A stretch of DNA of 58,901 nt from Stellaceae bacterium (GTDB lineage: Bacteria; Pseudomonadota; Alphaproteobacteria; ATCC43930; CGMCC-115725). The stretch covers positions 1-58,901 of the forward strand of contig JBJMQW010000497.1 in NCBI GenBank assembly GCA_045802495.1, in the 5' to 3' direction. The notes below the pieces were generated by a model that was not told the DNA's origin, did no database searches, and worked only from the letters and a program-made list of their open reading frames with translations. Shown here piece after piece: positions 17,980 to 27,181 of the stretch (position 1 is its first letter; every line of letters begins with the position of its first letter). The position numbers and the translations under genes are program-made.

Positions 17980-18744
17980 GTCGAGCGCCGCTCCTCGACC
18001 AGAACGCCAACCGCGAGATGTTCGAGGAGGGTGTCGAGGTCCTGTTCACGGCGTTCGAGGGCAAGCCGTTCTCGCACCAGGGCAAGTACTACACGATCCC
18101 GCCCGAGGTGCCGTATCGCGGCTACACCTTGAAGGAGATCACCTTGGTGCCGGCGCGGGAGCGGCTACCGGTCGAATGCTGGCAGCCGATCCAGAGCGGC
18201 TCGGAGCGCGCCTTCGACTTCATGGCCAAATACGGCATCGGCGGCGGTTCGGCCGAGGGGGGCGCGGTCGAGCGGCACATGATCGGGTTCCAGCAGGTCT
18301 ATAAGTGCCGCGGCATCGATCTCGAACTCGGCGAGCGGCTGGCGCTCGGCTACCAGTTCCACATCGCGCCCTCCCGCGAGCAGGCGATCCGCGAGGCCGC
18401 CCCGCATTACGAAGAAAACATGAAGATGTTCGGCGAACTGCGCCTGGTGCGGGCCTTGACCGACGAACAGATCGCGGCGATGCGCGACCCGAAACTGGTC
18501 GGCACGGTCAGGCTGCCGACGATCGAGGATGCGGTGAAGGCGGGCGGCTTCCCTCGCCGGCCGCCCCGAGGACATCATCGAGCAATTGAAGGCCGTCGAG
18601 AAGCGCTATCCCGGCCTCGACCGCGTCATCTGCGCCACACCCCTCGGCACCCCGCTCGACATCCAGCTCGCCGACCTCGACCGCTTCGCAAGGGAGGTGA
18701 CCCCCGCCTTCCGCGACACCCGAACCGCCGCCGCAGCGCAGTAG
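17980..18744 (+). pseudogene. Truncated, frameshifted copy of the 3' ~770 nt of the LLM gene (equivalent to 15033..15802)
   Basis: By-eye alignment shows about 24 mismatches in the first ~255 aligned nt, mostly at third codon positions. There is a 12-nt in-frame deletion (ISGVIGGGS -> IGGGS) and a frameshift near 18550-18570. No 5' half is present. Confidence 0.85.
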
Positions 18745-18827
18745 ACCTGGATTAGCGGCCGGTCGCTCCCTCGGCGATATCAGCGCCGCCCGCGGCGGTC
18801 ATGCCTCCCGTGTCGCGGCAGCGGACG

Positions 18828-20786
18828 TCAGATTTCGACTTCGGCGCCGAGTTCGATGACCTGATCGGCGGGGATCCGGAAGAACTCGGTCGGATGTGTC
18901 GCGATGCGGGTCAAACCCGCATAGAGACGCTCACGCCATCGCGCCATCCCCGGGCGCGCGGTCGATTTGACATTGGTCCGTCCGACAAAGAAGGACATTT
19001 GATGGAGATCATGATCGAGCCCCGGGATATGAGCACGGGCAAGTTCGCGCGGAACGTTCGGCGTCTGCGCAAAGCCGAAATGGATGTCGATCTGCCAGAA
19101 GCCTGGGCCGAGCTGATGCGCACGTATTCGATCTTGTCGCGCCACCCGCGGGATATTCTCGGTGACGATGCGGACAAACAGCACCGTCTTGTGCAACACT
19201 TTGTTGTGCTTGAAGTTGTTCAGCAATGTTACCGGCACGTTGTCGGTCTGGTTCGTCAGATAGACGGCAATGCCCGACACGCGGGCCTCGCAGGCGCTGT
19301 CTGCGGTCGCGAGAAATGAGGAGAGGGGAACGGGCCGCGCCGACAGTTGCGCGAAGATAAGCTGGCGCCCCTCGCGCCACGTCGACATCACGATGAACAC
19401 AACCAACCCGATCGCCAACGGAAACCAGCCACCGCTCGGTATCTTCAGCGCATTGGAAGAAAACAGCGCGAGATCGACGAGCCCCAGCGGCAGGAAGGCC
19501 GCCGCTACGGCCGGCCATCGCCATCCCCAAACGCGGTGCGCCACTGCTACGGCGAGCACGGTCGTGATCACCATCGTCCCGGTAACGGCAAAGCCGTAAG
19601 CCGCAGCAAGCGCGCTCGAGCTTTGGAAGCCGAGGACCAGCGTCAGGACAGCGATGAGAAGCAGCCAATTGAGCTGCGGGATGTAAATCTGCCCGGATAT
19701 ATGGGCCGAGGTTTGCAGCACGTCGAGCCGCGGCATCAGGTCGAGCTGCATCGCTTGCCGGGTCAGCGAGAAGGCACCCGAGATTACGGCTTGGGACGCG
19801 ATGACGGTTGCCGCCGTGGCCAACACCACGAGGGGCAATATCGCCCAATCGGCCGTCATGCGAAAAAACGGGTTTTCGATAGCGCTGGCGTCGGCGAGAA
19901 CCAAGGCGCCCTGGCCGAGATAATTGAGCACGAGCGCCGGCAGAACCACCGCGAACCACGCGGCCCTGATCGGAAAGCGGCCGAAATGACCCATATCCGC
20001 GTAGAGCGCTTCGCCGCCGGTGATCGCCAGTGCGACGGCGCCGAGCACGACAAAGCTGATCGCCGGGTGGGCGGTGAAAAAACCCACGGCGTGGGTCGGA
20101 CTAACCGCCGCGAGGATGCTAGGGGAAGCGCCGATTTGGATCAGCCCGAAGATGCCCAGCACAGCGAACCACAGCGCCATGACGGGGCCGAAATATTGGC
20201 CAACGCGTTCCGTGCCGCGCTTTTGCACGATAAAGAGCGCGAGCAGCACGACTACAGTCAGTGGCAGGATGAAGGGTTTGAGGGCGGGTATCGCCACCTC
20301 GAGACCCTCGACGGCGCTCAGCACGGAAATCGCCGGCGTGATCATGCTGTCGCCATAAAACAACGCCGCTCCCGCCAGGCCGAGCATGGTCAGGACCCAG
20401 GGTAGGTGCTTACTGGGAGCGCCCCAGAGCGCCAGCGCGAGGAGGGCAAATATTCCCCCTTCGCCATGGTTGTCGGCGCGCATGATCAGGAGGACGTATT
20501 TGACGGCGACCACGAGCAGGAGGGCCCAAATCAAGCAGGACAAAACGCCGAGAACGTTTTCCTGCGTTAACGCCAGGCCGTGCTCAGGGTTGAAGCACTC
20601 GCGAAACGTGTAGACGGGGCTTGTCCCGATATCGCCGAAGACAACGCCGAGTGCCGCGACAACAAGGCCACCGCGGCCTGGCGGGGTCTCCTGGTCATCC
20701 TCTGCCAGCTGTTCGGTCGGGCGGCTTGTCGCGAGCGCTTGTTGCCTTGCTTCGCCAGAGACGACCTCGCCGGAATGATCCCCCAT
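18828..20786 (-). CDS. kup: KUP/HAK/KT-family potassium uptake transporter
   Basis: Lies inside ORF 18828..21185. Start moved to ATG 20786, preceded by AGGAG. Motif VVFGDIGTSPVYTF and ~12 TM segments. The longer ORF prefix is antisense of LLM fragment 3. Confidence 0.9.
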   Translation of the reverse strand: MGDHSGEVVSGEARQQALATSRPTEQLAEDDQETPPGRGGLVVAALGVVFGDIGTSPVYTFRECFNPEHGLALTQENVLGVLSCLIWALLLVVAVKYVLLIMRADNHGEGGIFALLALALWGAPSKHLPWVLTMLGLAGAALFYGDSMITPAISVLSAVEGLEVAIPALKPFILPLTVVVLLALFIVQKRGTERVGQYFGPVMALWFAVLGIFGLIQIGASPSILAAVSPTHAVGFFTAHPAISFVVLGAVALAITGGEALYADMGHFGRFPIRAAWFAVVLPALVLNYLGQGALVLADASAIENPFFRMTADWAILPLVVLATAATVIASQAVISGAFSLTRQAMQLDLMPRLDVLQTSAHISGQIYIPQLNWLLLIAVLTLVLGFQSSSALAAAYGFAVTGTMVITTVLAVAVAHRVWGWRWPAVAAAFLPLGLVDLALFSSNALKIPSGGWFPLAIGLVVFIVMSTWREGRQLIFAQLSARPVPLSSFLATADSACEARVSGIAVYLTNQTDNVPVTLLNNFKHNKVLHKTVLFVRIVTENIPRVARQDRIRAHQLGPGFWQIDIHFGFAQTPNVPRELARAHIPGLDHDLHQMSFFVGRTNVKSTARPGMARWRERLYAGLTRIATHPTEFFRIPADQVIELGAEVEI

Positions 20787-20940
20787 GCCCCGCTCCTGTT
20801 TTCCGCCGATCGGTTCACAACTTTTGGGATTGTTAAGGCGAACGCGAGCCCACGACCAGAGAACCCTAATACGGCTGTAGCGAAACCGGCACCAGATGAC
20901 GTCCAAGGAAGCGGATGACGGACGGCCTATGCCCGCCCGG

Positions 20941-21317
20941 ATCGTCAACTCGAACTGGGCGAGCGGCTGGCGCTCGGCTACCGGTTCCACATCGCCTCGA
21001 GTCGCGAGCAGGCGATCCGCGAGGCCGCCGCGCATTACGAAGAAAACATGAAGATGTTCGATGAATTGCGCCTCGTGCGGGCCTTGACCGACGAGCAGAT
21101 CGCGGGCGACCAGCGGCTGGTCGGCACGTCGAGGACGCGTCAAAGGGCCGGCGGTTTTTCTCGCCGGCCGCCCGGAGGACATCATCGAGCCAGCAGAAGG
21201 CGGTCGAGAAGCGCCATCCCGGTCTCGACCGCGTCATTTCCGCCGCGCCGCTCGGCATCCCAGCTCGAAGACCTTGACCGGTTTGCGAAGGAGGTGATAC
21301 CGGCCTTCCGCGGTTGA
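20941..21317 (+). pseudogene. Second, more decayed copy of the LLM gene 3' end (equivalent to ~15374..15802)
   Basis: Sequence ELGERLALGYRFHIASSREQAIREAAAHYEENMKMFDELRLVRALTDEQIA is followed by several indels or frameshifts. The terminal motif LDRFAKEVIPAFR is retained. It ends 43 nt before the amidohydrolase start. Confidence 0.8.
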
Positions 21318-21360
21318 GAGCCGGCCGAGGCGCGCGGCCGCGGAATAAAAGGAGACCGTG

Positions 21361-22428
21361 ATGGCCGAAGACGCGAAGGGCGAATACCGGGGCCTTGCTT
21401 ATCGTGAAGATCCTGCCCTGAAAGCGTGGCTCGCTAAGCGGCCATGCGAGGCGGCGCTGGAGCCGGCGCTGCCGATCATCGACCCGCACCATCACTTCTG
21501 GGACACGCCGCAGCGCGGGCACTATCTACTGCCGGAGTTGCTCGACGACATAAGCGGCGGACACAACATCGTCTCGACCGTCTTTCTCGAATGCCGCTCG
21601 ATGTACCGCAAGGACGGTCCCGCCGAGACGGCGCCGGTCGGCGAGGTCGAGTTCGTCAACGGCATCGCGGCGATGAGCGCATCGGGCGGCTATGGTCCCT
21701 GCCGCGTCGCCGAGGCGATCGTCGGCCATGCCGATCTGACCCTGGGCGCACGCGTACGCGAAGTGTTGGAGACCGAGATCCGAGTGGGTGGCGGGCGCTT
21801 CCGCGGGATCCGCCACGGTGTGTCGTGGGACGAGCACGAGGCGATCCAGAAATTCGCTACACGCGTCGTGCCGCCGCATCTGGTGCGCGACCCCAAATTC
21901 CGCGAAGGCTTTTCCCAGCTCGCTCCGCTGGGGCTCAGCTTCGAATCCTGGCAGTACCATCCGCAATTGCCCGACGCGATAGACCTTGCCCGCGCCTTCC
22001 CGAATACGACGATCATCCTCAACCATGTCGGCGGCGTGCTCGGCGTCGGCCCTTATCGCGGCCGTCGCCAGGAAATCCTCGCCGGATGGAAGAAGGACAT
22101 CACCGAACTGGCCAAATGCCCGAACGTCAACGTCAAGCTCGGCGGTGTCGGCATGACCTCCTTCGGTTTCGACTTTCATGAGCGCGACGTGCCCCCCTCC
22201 TCCGAAGACCTCGCCGCGGCTTGGCGGCAGTATATCGAGCCCTGCATCGAAGCCTTCGGCCCCAACCGGTGCATGTTCGAGAGCAATTTCCCGCCGGACA
22301 AGCAGTCGGGCGGCTACACCGAGCTGTGGAACGCGTTCAAGCGCATCACTTCGGGCGCGTCGGCGGCCGAAAAGACGGCACTCTACAGCGGGACTGCGGC
22401 GCGGGTTTACCGCATTACGGTTCCCTGA
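21361..22428 (+). CDS. Amidohydrolase-2 family metal-dependent hydrolase
   Basis: ATG 21361 follows AAAGGAGA. Motif IIDPHHHFWD (HxH) and a TIM-barrel hydrolase pattern. 355 aa. Confidence 0.8.
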   Translation: MAEDAKGEYRGLAYREDPALKAWLAKRPCEAALEPALPIIDPHHHFWDTPQRGHYLLPELLDDISGGHNIVSTVFLECRSMYRKDGPAETAPVGEVEFVNGIAAMSASGGYGPCRVAEAIVGHADLTLGARVREVLETEIRVGGGRFRGIRHGVSWDEHEAIQKFATRVVPPHLVRDPKFREGFSQLAPLGLSFESWQYHPQLPDAIDLARAFPNTTIILNHVGGVLGVGPYRGRRQEILAGWKKDITELAKCPNVNVKLGGVGMTSFGFDFHERDVPPSSEDLAAAWRQYIEPCIEAFGPNRCMFESNFPPDKQSGGYTELWNAFKRITSGASAAEKTALYSGTAARVYRITVP

Positions 22429-22456
22429 TCCGGTGCGACCCGGCCGAGCTTTGGCC

Positions 22457-23554
22457 ATGTCTCTTTTTCGATCCGCCATCGCCGCCGTCGTGTTCGGGGT
22501 CGGCGCGCCCGCGCTCGCCGACCCCGAAAACACCGCTTGGCCCAATTACCGGGAGGGCGATTTCACGATCGCGGATTACAAATTCGCCAGCGGCGAGACT
22601 CTTCCCCAGCTGAAGCTGCACTACCGTACGCTCGGCACGGCGCAGCTCAATGCCGCCGGCGAGATCGTCAATGGCGTATTGCTGTTGCAAGGCAATACCG
22701 GCACCGGCGCCAACTGGCTGCGGCCGACCCTGGCCGACGAGCTGTTCAGGGACGGACAGTCTCTGGATGCGAGCCGATATTTCATCATCATTCCCGACGC
22801 GCTCGGCCGCGGCGGCTCGAGCAAGCCCTCGGACGGGCTCAAGGGCAAATTTCCGCATTACCGCTACCACGACATGGTCGACAGCACACACCGGCTGGTC
22901 ACCGAGGGGCTCAAGGTGGCCCATCTGAACCTCGTCCTCGGCAGTTCGCTGGGCTGCATGCACAGTTTCATGTGGGCCGAGACGTACCCCGAGCTGATGG
23001 ATGCGATTGTCGGGCTCTCCTGCCAGCCGGTCGAGATCAGCGGCCGCAACCGGATTATGCGCCGCGCCGCGGCCGAGGCAATCCGTCACGACCCGGACTG
23101 GAACAACGGCAATTACGACAAGAACCCGACCCATTACATCTACAGCGCGGCGGCGGGATCATTCATGCCCGAGAGCGCTGCACGCGTCCAGGAGATGGCG
23201 CCGACCCGCGCCGCCGCCGACAAGCTTTATGACGAGCGAGTCGCGCGCATTGCCAAGGGCGATGCCAACGACTCGCTGTGGGCGATCGAGTCGATCGAGG
23301 ACTACAGCCCCGAGGGCGACCTTCCCAAGATCAAGGCCAAGGTGCTGCTGATCAACACGGTCGAGGACGAGGCCAACCCGCCGGAGCTCGGCACGGTCGA
23401 GCGGGCGATGAAGCGGATCCCTGACGGCCGCTATGTGCTGATCCCCTACAGCGACAAGACGCACGGGCATTTCACCCATTATTACGCCGCGCTCTGGAAG
23501 CCCTACTTGATCGATTTTATGCGGACGCTGCATCCCGCTGCCGCGGTTCGGTAA
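22457..23554 (+). CDS. Secreted alpha/beta hydrolase (homoserine-O-acetyltransferase-like fold)
   Basis: Lies inside ORF 22178..23554; ATG 22457. Signal peptide MSLFRSAIAAVVFGVGAPALA and nucleophile elbow GSSLG. Confidence 0.75.
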   Translation: MSLFRSAIAAVVFGVGAPALADPENTAWPNYREGDFTIADYKFASGETLPQLKLHYRTLGTAQLNAAGEIVNGVLLLQGNTGTGANWLRPTLADELFRDGQSLDASRYFIIIPDALGRGGSSKPSDGLKGKFPHYRYHDMVDSTHRLVTEGLKVAHLNLVLGSSLGCMHSFMWAETYPELMDAIVGLSCQPVEISGRNRIMRRAAAEAIRHDPDWNNGNYDKNPTHYIYSAAAGSFMPESAARVQEMAPTRAAADKLYDERVARIAKGDANDSLWAIESIEDYSPEGDLPKIKAKVLLINTVEDEANPPELGTVERAMKRIPDGRYVLIPYSDKTHGHFTHYYAALWKPYLIDFMRTLHPAAAVR

Positions 23555-23565
23555 GGGCGTCGCCA

Positions 23566-24477
23566 TTGTCCAGAGGCAAACCGATATTCCTCGACTACGA
23601 CCAGGCTGCGCTCGACGCTGCTTATGACCAGTCGGCCTACGCGGCGAACCGGGAGCAGTTGATCAAGCGCCGCATCAGGGACAGTGAGCTCGCAGGTCGA
23701 CGCGTCGGCGAGCCACAGCGCGTTGCCTATGGACCCACCGAAATCGAGCGGCTCGACATCTACCGCAGCGGATCCGTCGCGGCGCCGGTCTTTGTCTTTA
23801 TTCATGGCGGGGCCTGGCGCAGCGGCCGCTCGAAGGAGTTCGCGACACCGGCCGAGATGTTCCTCACCGCCGGGGCGCATTACATCGTGCCCGACTTTGC
23901 CTGGGTCCAGGATGTCGGTGGCAGCCTGATGGTGCTCGCCGAGCAGGTGTGCCGCGCCATCGCGTGGGTGTGCGAGAATGCCGCCCGTATCGGCATTGAC
24001 GCCACCCGGCTCTATGTCGGCGGCCAGTCCTCGGGCGGGCATCTCGCTGCAGTCGCCTTAACGACCGACTGGCAGCGCGACTTTGGTCTGCCCGCGGACA
24101 TCATCAAAGGCGGCATGTGCATCAGCGGCATGTATGATCTGACGCCAGTGCGGCTTTCAGCGCGCAACGCCTATGTCGCCTTCGATGATGCGACAGTCGC
24201 GGCACTGAGCCCGATACGACATCTCGACCAATTGCGAGCGCCGTTGATTGTCGCCTATGGAACTTGCGAGACTCCCGAATTCCAGCGCCAAAACCGCGAA
24301 TTCGCCGCCGTGGTGGAAGCTGCGGGCAAGCAGGTGCGGCTGCTGGTCGGAGATCACTACAACCACTTCGAATTGCCGGAAACCTTAGGCAATCCCTACG
24401 GTCTTCTCGGACGCGCAGCGCTCGAGCTGATGGACCTGACATCGGGGTCGCACGGATACGCGCACCGAAGCGAGTGA
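23566..24477 (+). CDS. Alpha/beta hydrolase (esterase / arylformamidase-like)
   Basis: 303 aa with a TTG start. Motifs FIHGGAWRSG and GGQSSGGHLA. Confidence 0.75.
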   Translation: MSRGKPIFLDYDQAALDAAYDQSAYAANREQLIKRRIRDSELAGRRVGEPQRVAYGPTEIERLDIYRSGSVAAPVFVFIHGGAWRSGRSKEFATPAEMFLTAGAHYIVPDFAWVQDVGGSLMVLAEQVCRAIAWVCENAARIGIDATRLYVGGQSSGGHLAAVALTTDWQRDFGLPADIIKGGMCISGMYDLTPVRLSARNAYVAFDDATVAALSPIRHLDQLRAPLIVAYGTCETPEFQRQNREFAAVVEAAGKQVRLLVGDHYNHFELPETLGNPYGLLGRAALELMDLTSGSHGYAHRSE

Positions 24478-24480
24478 GAG

Positions 24481-25347
24481 ATGAGCGAGCAGCGGACGAG
24501 CCAACCATTGCGGACATTGTCCTTTGCCCAGCCGACCCATTGCCGGCGCTACGAGGGACGCGTCGCGATCGTGACCGGCGCGGCGCAGGGGCTCGGCCGC
24601 GTCATTGCCAAACGGCTCGCAGAGGAGGGGGCGAAACTCGTCGTCTGCGACATCCAGGAGGACCGGCTCACAACGGCTGCGCGCGAATCGCAAGAAGAGA
24701 CCGGCATGCCGTTTTTGGCGGTCGGCGGCGACCTGAGCGAACCGGGTGTCGCCGATCATATGGTCGAGCGCGCGCTCGGCGCCTACGGGCAGATCGACAC
24801 CTTGGTCAACAACGCCGCCGCGCTAATCCGCCTGCGGCTCATCGATTTCACCGAGGAGCTGATGCAGAAGGCGGTGCGCTGGAATGTGTGGAACACATTG
24901 CGCTGCTGCAAGGCGGTGTTGCCGCATATGATGGAGCGCCGCTACGGCCGCATCGTCAATATCGGCGGCGAGGCGTGGCGCACCGGCGCGCCTTATCACA
25001 CGTTGCTTGCCGGTATCGGCAAAGGCTCGATGATTGGGCTTACGATTACCTTGGCGGGCGAGACCGTGCGGCACGGCATCACGGTCAACTGCGTCTCGCC
25101 GGGTGCGATTGAAACCGAGGCCGATGGCGCCCACAACTCGACCCCGCCCGGCTTTCGTGAGCCCGGCTGGACCGACCCCGAGTTTTTCGCGGAGATGGCG
25201 AAGATGGCCGCTGGCCGGGTAGTGGGCATGGGCCGCCCCGCGCATCCCACCGAAGTCGCCGCGGCGGTCGCTTTTTTCGGCTCGCCCGAGGCCGCATTCG
25301 TCACCGGCCAGCATCTCGGGGCAAGCGGCGGCGTCGCGATGCTGTGA
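24481..25347 (+). CDS. SDR-family oxidoreductase
   Basis: Cofactor motif VAIVTGAAQGLGRVIA, NNAA, and a classical SDR length of 288 aa. Confidence 0.85.
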   Translation: MSEQRTSQPLRTLSFAQPTHCRRYEGRVAIVTGAAQGLGRVIAKRLAEEGAKLVVCDIQEDRLTTAARESQEETGMPFLAVGGDLSEPGVADHMVERALGAYGQIDTLVNNAAALIRLRLIDFTEELMQKAVRWNVWNTLRCCKAVLPHMMERRYGRIVNIGGEAWRTGAPYHTLLAGIGKGSMIGLTITLAGETVRHGITVNCVSPGAIETEADGAHNSTPPGFREPGWTDPEFFAEMAKMAAGRVVGMGRPAHPTEVAAAVAFFGSPEAAFVTGQHLGASGGVAML

Positions 25348-25362
25348 TTGGGAGGAAGGCTG

Positions 25363-26661
25363 ATGGATATGGCGGAAATGCAAGACCTGATCGTCGACGA
25401 TCGCGCGCGCGGCGTCTTTCGCGTCAACCGGCGAGTGTTCACGGACCCGAAAATCCTGGAAGAGGAGCGGCGCGAGGTCTTCGATCGCTCTTGGCTCTAT
25501 GCAGGCCATGAATCGGAGATCGCCAAACCGGGCGACTTCGTCACCCGAAAGGTCGGCGGGCGTCCGCTGATCCTGGTGCGTGACGGCGCCGGCGCAGCGC
25601 GCGCGTTCCTCAACACCTGCCCGCATCGCGGCAATATCGTCTGCCGCGAGCCCGCCGGCTCGACTCGGCTCTTTCGCTGCTTTTATCACGCCTGGGCCTT
25701 CGACCTCGGGGGGCGGCTGGCCGCGGTTCCGGGCGACGACGCGTATACGCCGGCCTTCGACCGTGGGGCCCTCGGCCTCCAGCCGGTGCCACGCCTCGAG
25801 AATTATCGCGGGATGATGTTCGTCAGCTTCGACCGGACGATCGAAAGCCTGGTCTCCTATCTCGGCAACGCCCGTGAATATCTCGACCTGATGCTCGAAT
25901 TCGGCGGCGAGGAGGTTGAGATCGTCCCCGGCTCGCAAGCCTACAGCATGAAAGCGAACTGGAAGCTGCTGGTCGAAAACAGCATGGACGGCTACCACGC
26001 GATGCCGACCCACCAGCGCTTCTTCAACCAATATCTCGCCGATATCGGCATGGACACATCGAGCTGGGCCGGCCCCAACCGCATCCAGGGCATCGGTCTC
26101 GCGCTCGGCGGCGGCCACGCCGTGATCGAAAACCGCGCCCGGGCATTGCCGATAACCGGCACCGCCAAGCAGGAGCTCGACCAGATCCGCGCTCGTCTCG
26201 TGGAACGGGTCGGTCCCGAGCAGGCACACCGCATCGCCGACTACAGCCGCAACCTGTTCATCTTCCCCAATCTGATCCTGATCTCGTCGTGGCACACGAT
26301 CCGCACCTGGTACCCGCTGGCGCCCGACTACATTGAGATCGACGCTTGGGCCAACCTGCCGCGTGGCGAGTCGCCGGAATTGCGGCAGCGACGGTTCGAG
26401 AACTTCATCTCGTTCCTGGGGCCCGCGGGGTTTGGCACGCCGGACGATGTTTACGCGCTGGAAGGCTGCCAGCGCGGGTTTGCGGCGTGGCGCGAATTGT
26501 CGTGGTCGGACATCTCGCGCGGCATGGGGCGCGCGCAGCCGTCGAGCCAGGACGAGTTGCAGATGCGCGCCTTCTGGCGGCGCTGGCACGCGCTGATCCA
26601 GGGCATGCGCGGTCCGACCGACTGCTCCGACCGGCCGGAGCAGTTCGCCGCGGCCGAGTAA
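25363..26661 (+). CDS. Rieske non-haem iron aromatic-ring-hydroxylating oxygenase, alpha subunit
   Basis: ATG 25363 follows GGGAGGAAGG. Rieske motif CPHRG...CFYHAW and a mononuclear-iron region DGYHAMPTH. Confidence 0.9.
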   Translation: MDMAEMQDLIVDDRARGVFRVNRRVFTDPKILEEERREVFDRSWLYAGHESEIAKPGDFVTRKVGGRPLILVRDGAGAARAFLNTCPHRGNIVCREPAGSTRLFRCFYHAWAFDLGGRLAAVPGDDAYTPAFDRGALGLQPVPRLENYRGMMFVSFDRTIESLVSYLGNAREYLDLMLEFGGEEVEIVPGSQAYSMKANWKLLVENSMDGYHAMPTHQRFFNQYLADIGMDTSSWAGPNRIQGIGLALGGGHAVIENRARALPITGTAKQELDQIRARLVERVGPEQAHRIADYSRNLFIFPNLILISSWHTIRTWYPLAPDYIEIDAWANLPRGESPELRQRRFENFISFLGPAGFGTPDDVYALEGCQRGFAAWRELSWSDISRGMGRAQPSSQDELQMRAFWRRWHALIQGMRGPTDCSDRPEQFAAAE

Positions 26662-26670
26662 GGCCGGCCC

Positions 26671-27156
26671 ATGGCTGCCGCGTTCACAGTCGACGAGATC
26701 GAGCGCTTCTTGATCGACGAAGCCGCACTCCTCGACGAGTGGCGGCTCGAGGAATGGCTGGCATTGATAGCGCCGGATGGCCGCTATCTGGTGCCGCCGC
26801 TCGATGCGCCCGACGCTAATCACCGCGATACCCTGTTCCTGATTGCCGACGACCGGCGCACGCTCTCCTCGCGCGTCCGGCAGCTTTTGAGCGGCACCAC
26901 CTGGGCCGAGAACCCGCGCTCGCGCACCCGCCGGCTGATCACGAATGTGCGGCTGCTCGCGGCCGAGGGCGGCGAGGCGCGCGCCACCGCCAATTTCGCC
27001 GTCTGGCGCTTCCAGCACGAGCAGGCCGACGTCTATGTCGGGCAATATCGGCACCTGCTGGTGCGCGGCCCCTCCGGCCTCTTGTTCCGCGAGCGCCGCG
27101 CCGTGCTCGACCTCGAAACGCTGCGCCCACACGGCAAACTGAGCTTCATCCTCTAA
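26671..27156 (+). CDS. Ring-hydroxylating dioxygenase beta subunit (SnoaL/NTF2-like)
   Basis: 161 aa, immediately downstream of the alpha subunit. EWRLEEWLALIAPDGRYLVP pattern. Confidence 0.8.
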   Translation: MAAAFTVDEIERFLIDEAALLDEWRLEEWLALIAPDGRYLVPPLDAPDANHRDTLFLIADDRRTLSSRVRQLLSGTTWAENPRSRTRRLITNVRLLAAEGGEARATANFAVWRFQHEQADVYVGQYRHLLVRGPSGLLFRERRAVLDLETLRPHGKLSFIL

Positions 27157-27181
27157 CCCCCCGCGCTGGGGAGATCTAGGC

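Noticed and set aside
20787-21185. N-terminal extension of the kup ORF, and similar 5' extensions of ORFs 42590..44533, 27885..29282, 28627..29697, 54994..56790, 56702..57580 and 53837..55099
   Set aside because: The extensions overlap neighbouring genes or gene fragments and look like noise. They precede internal starts that have SD sequences or translational-coupling overlaps and give canonical family N-termini. All were trimmed. The recurring antisense peptide MMSSGRPA...HLHVFFVMRGGLADRLL is simply the reverse frame of the three LLM copies.
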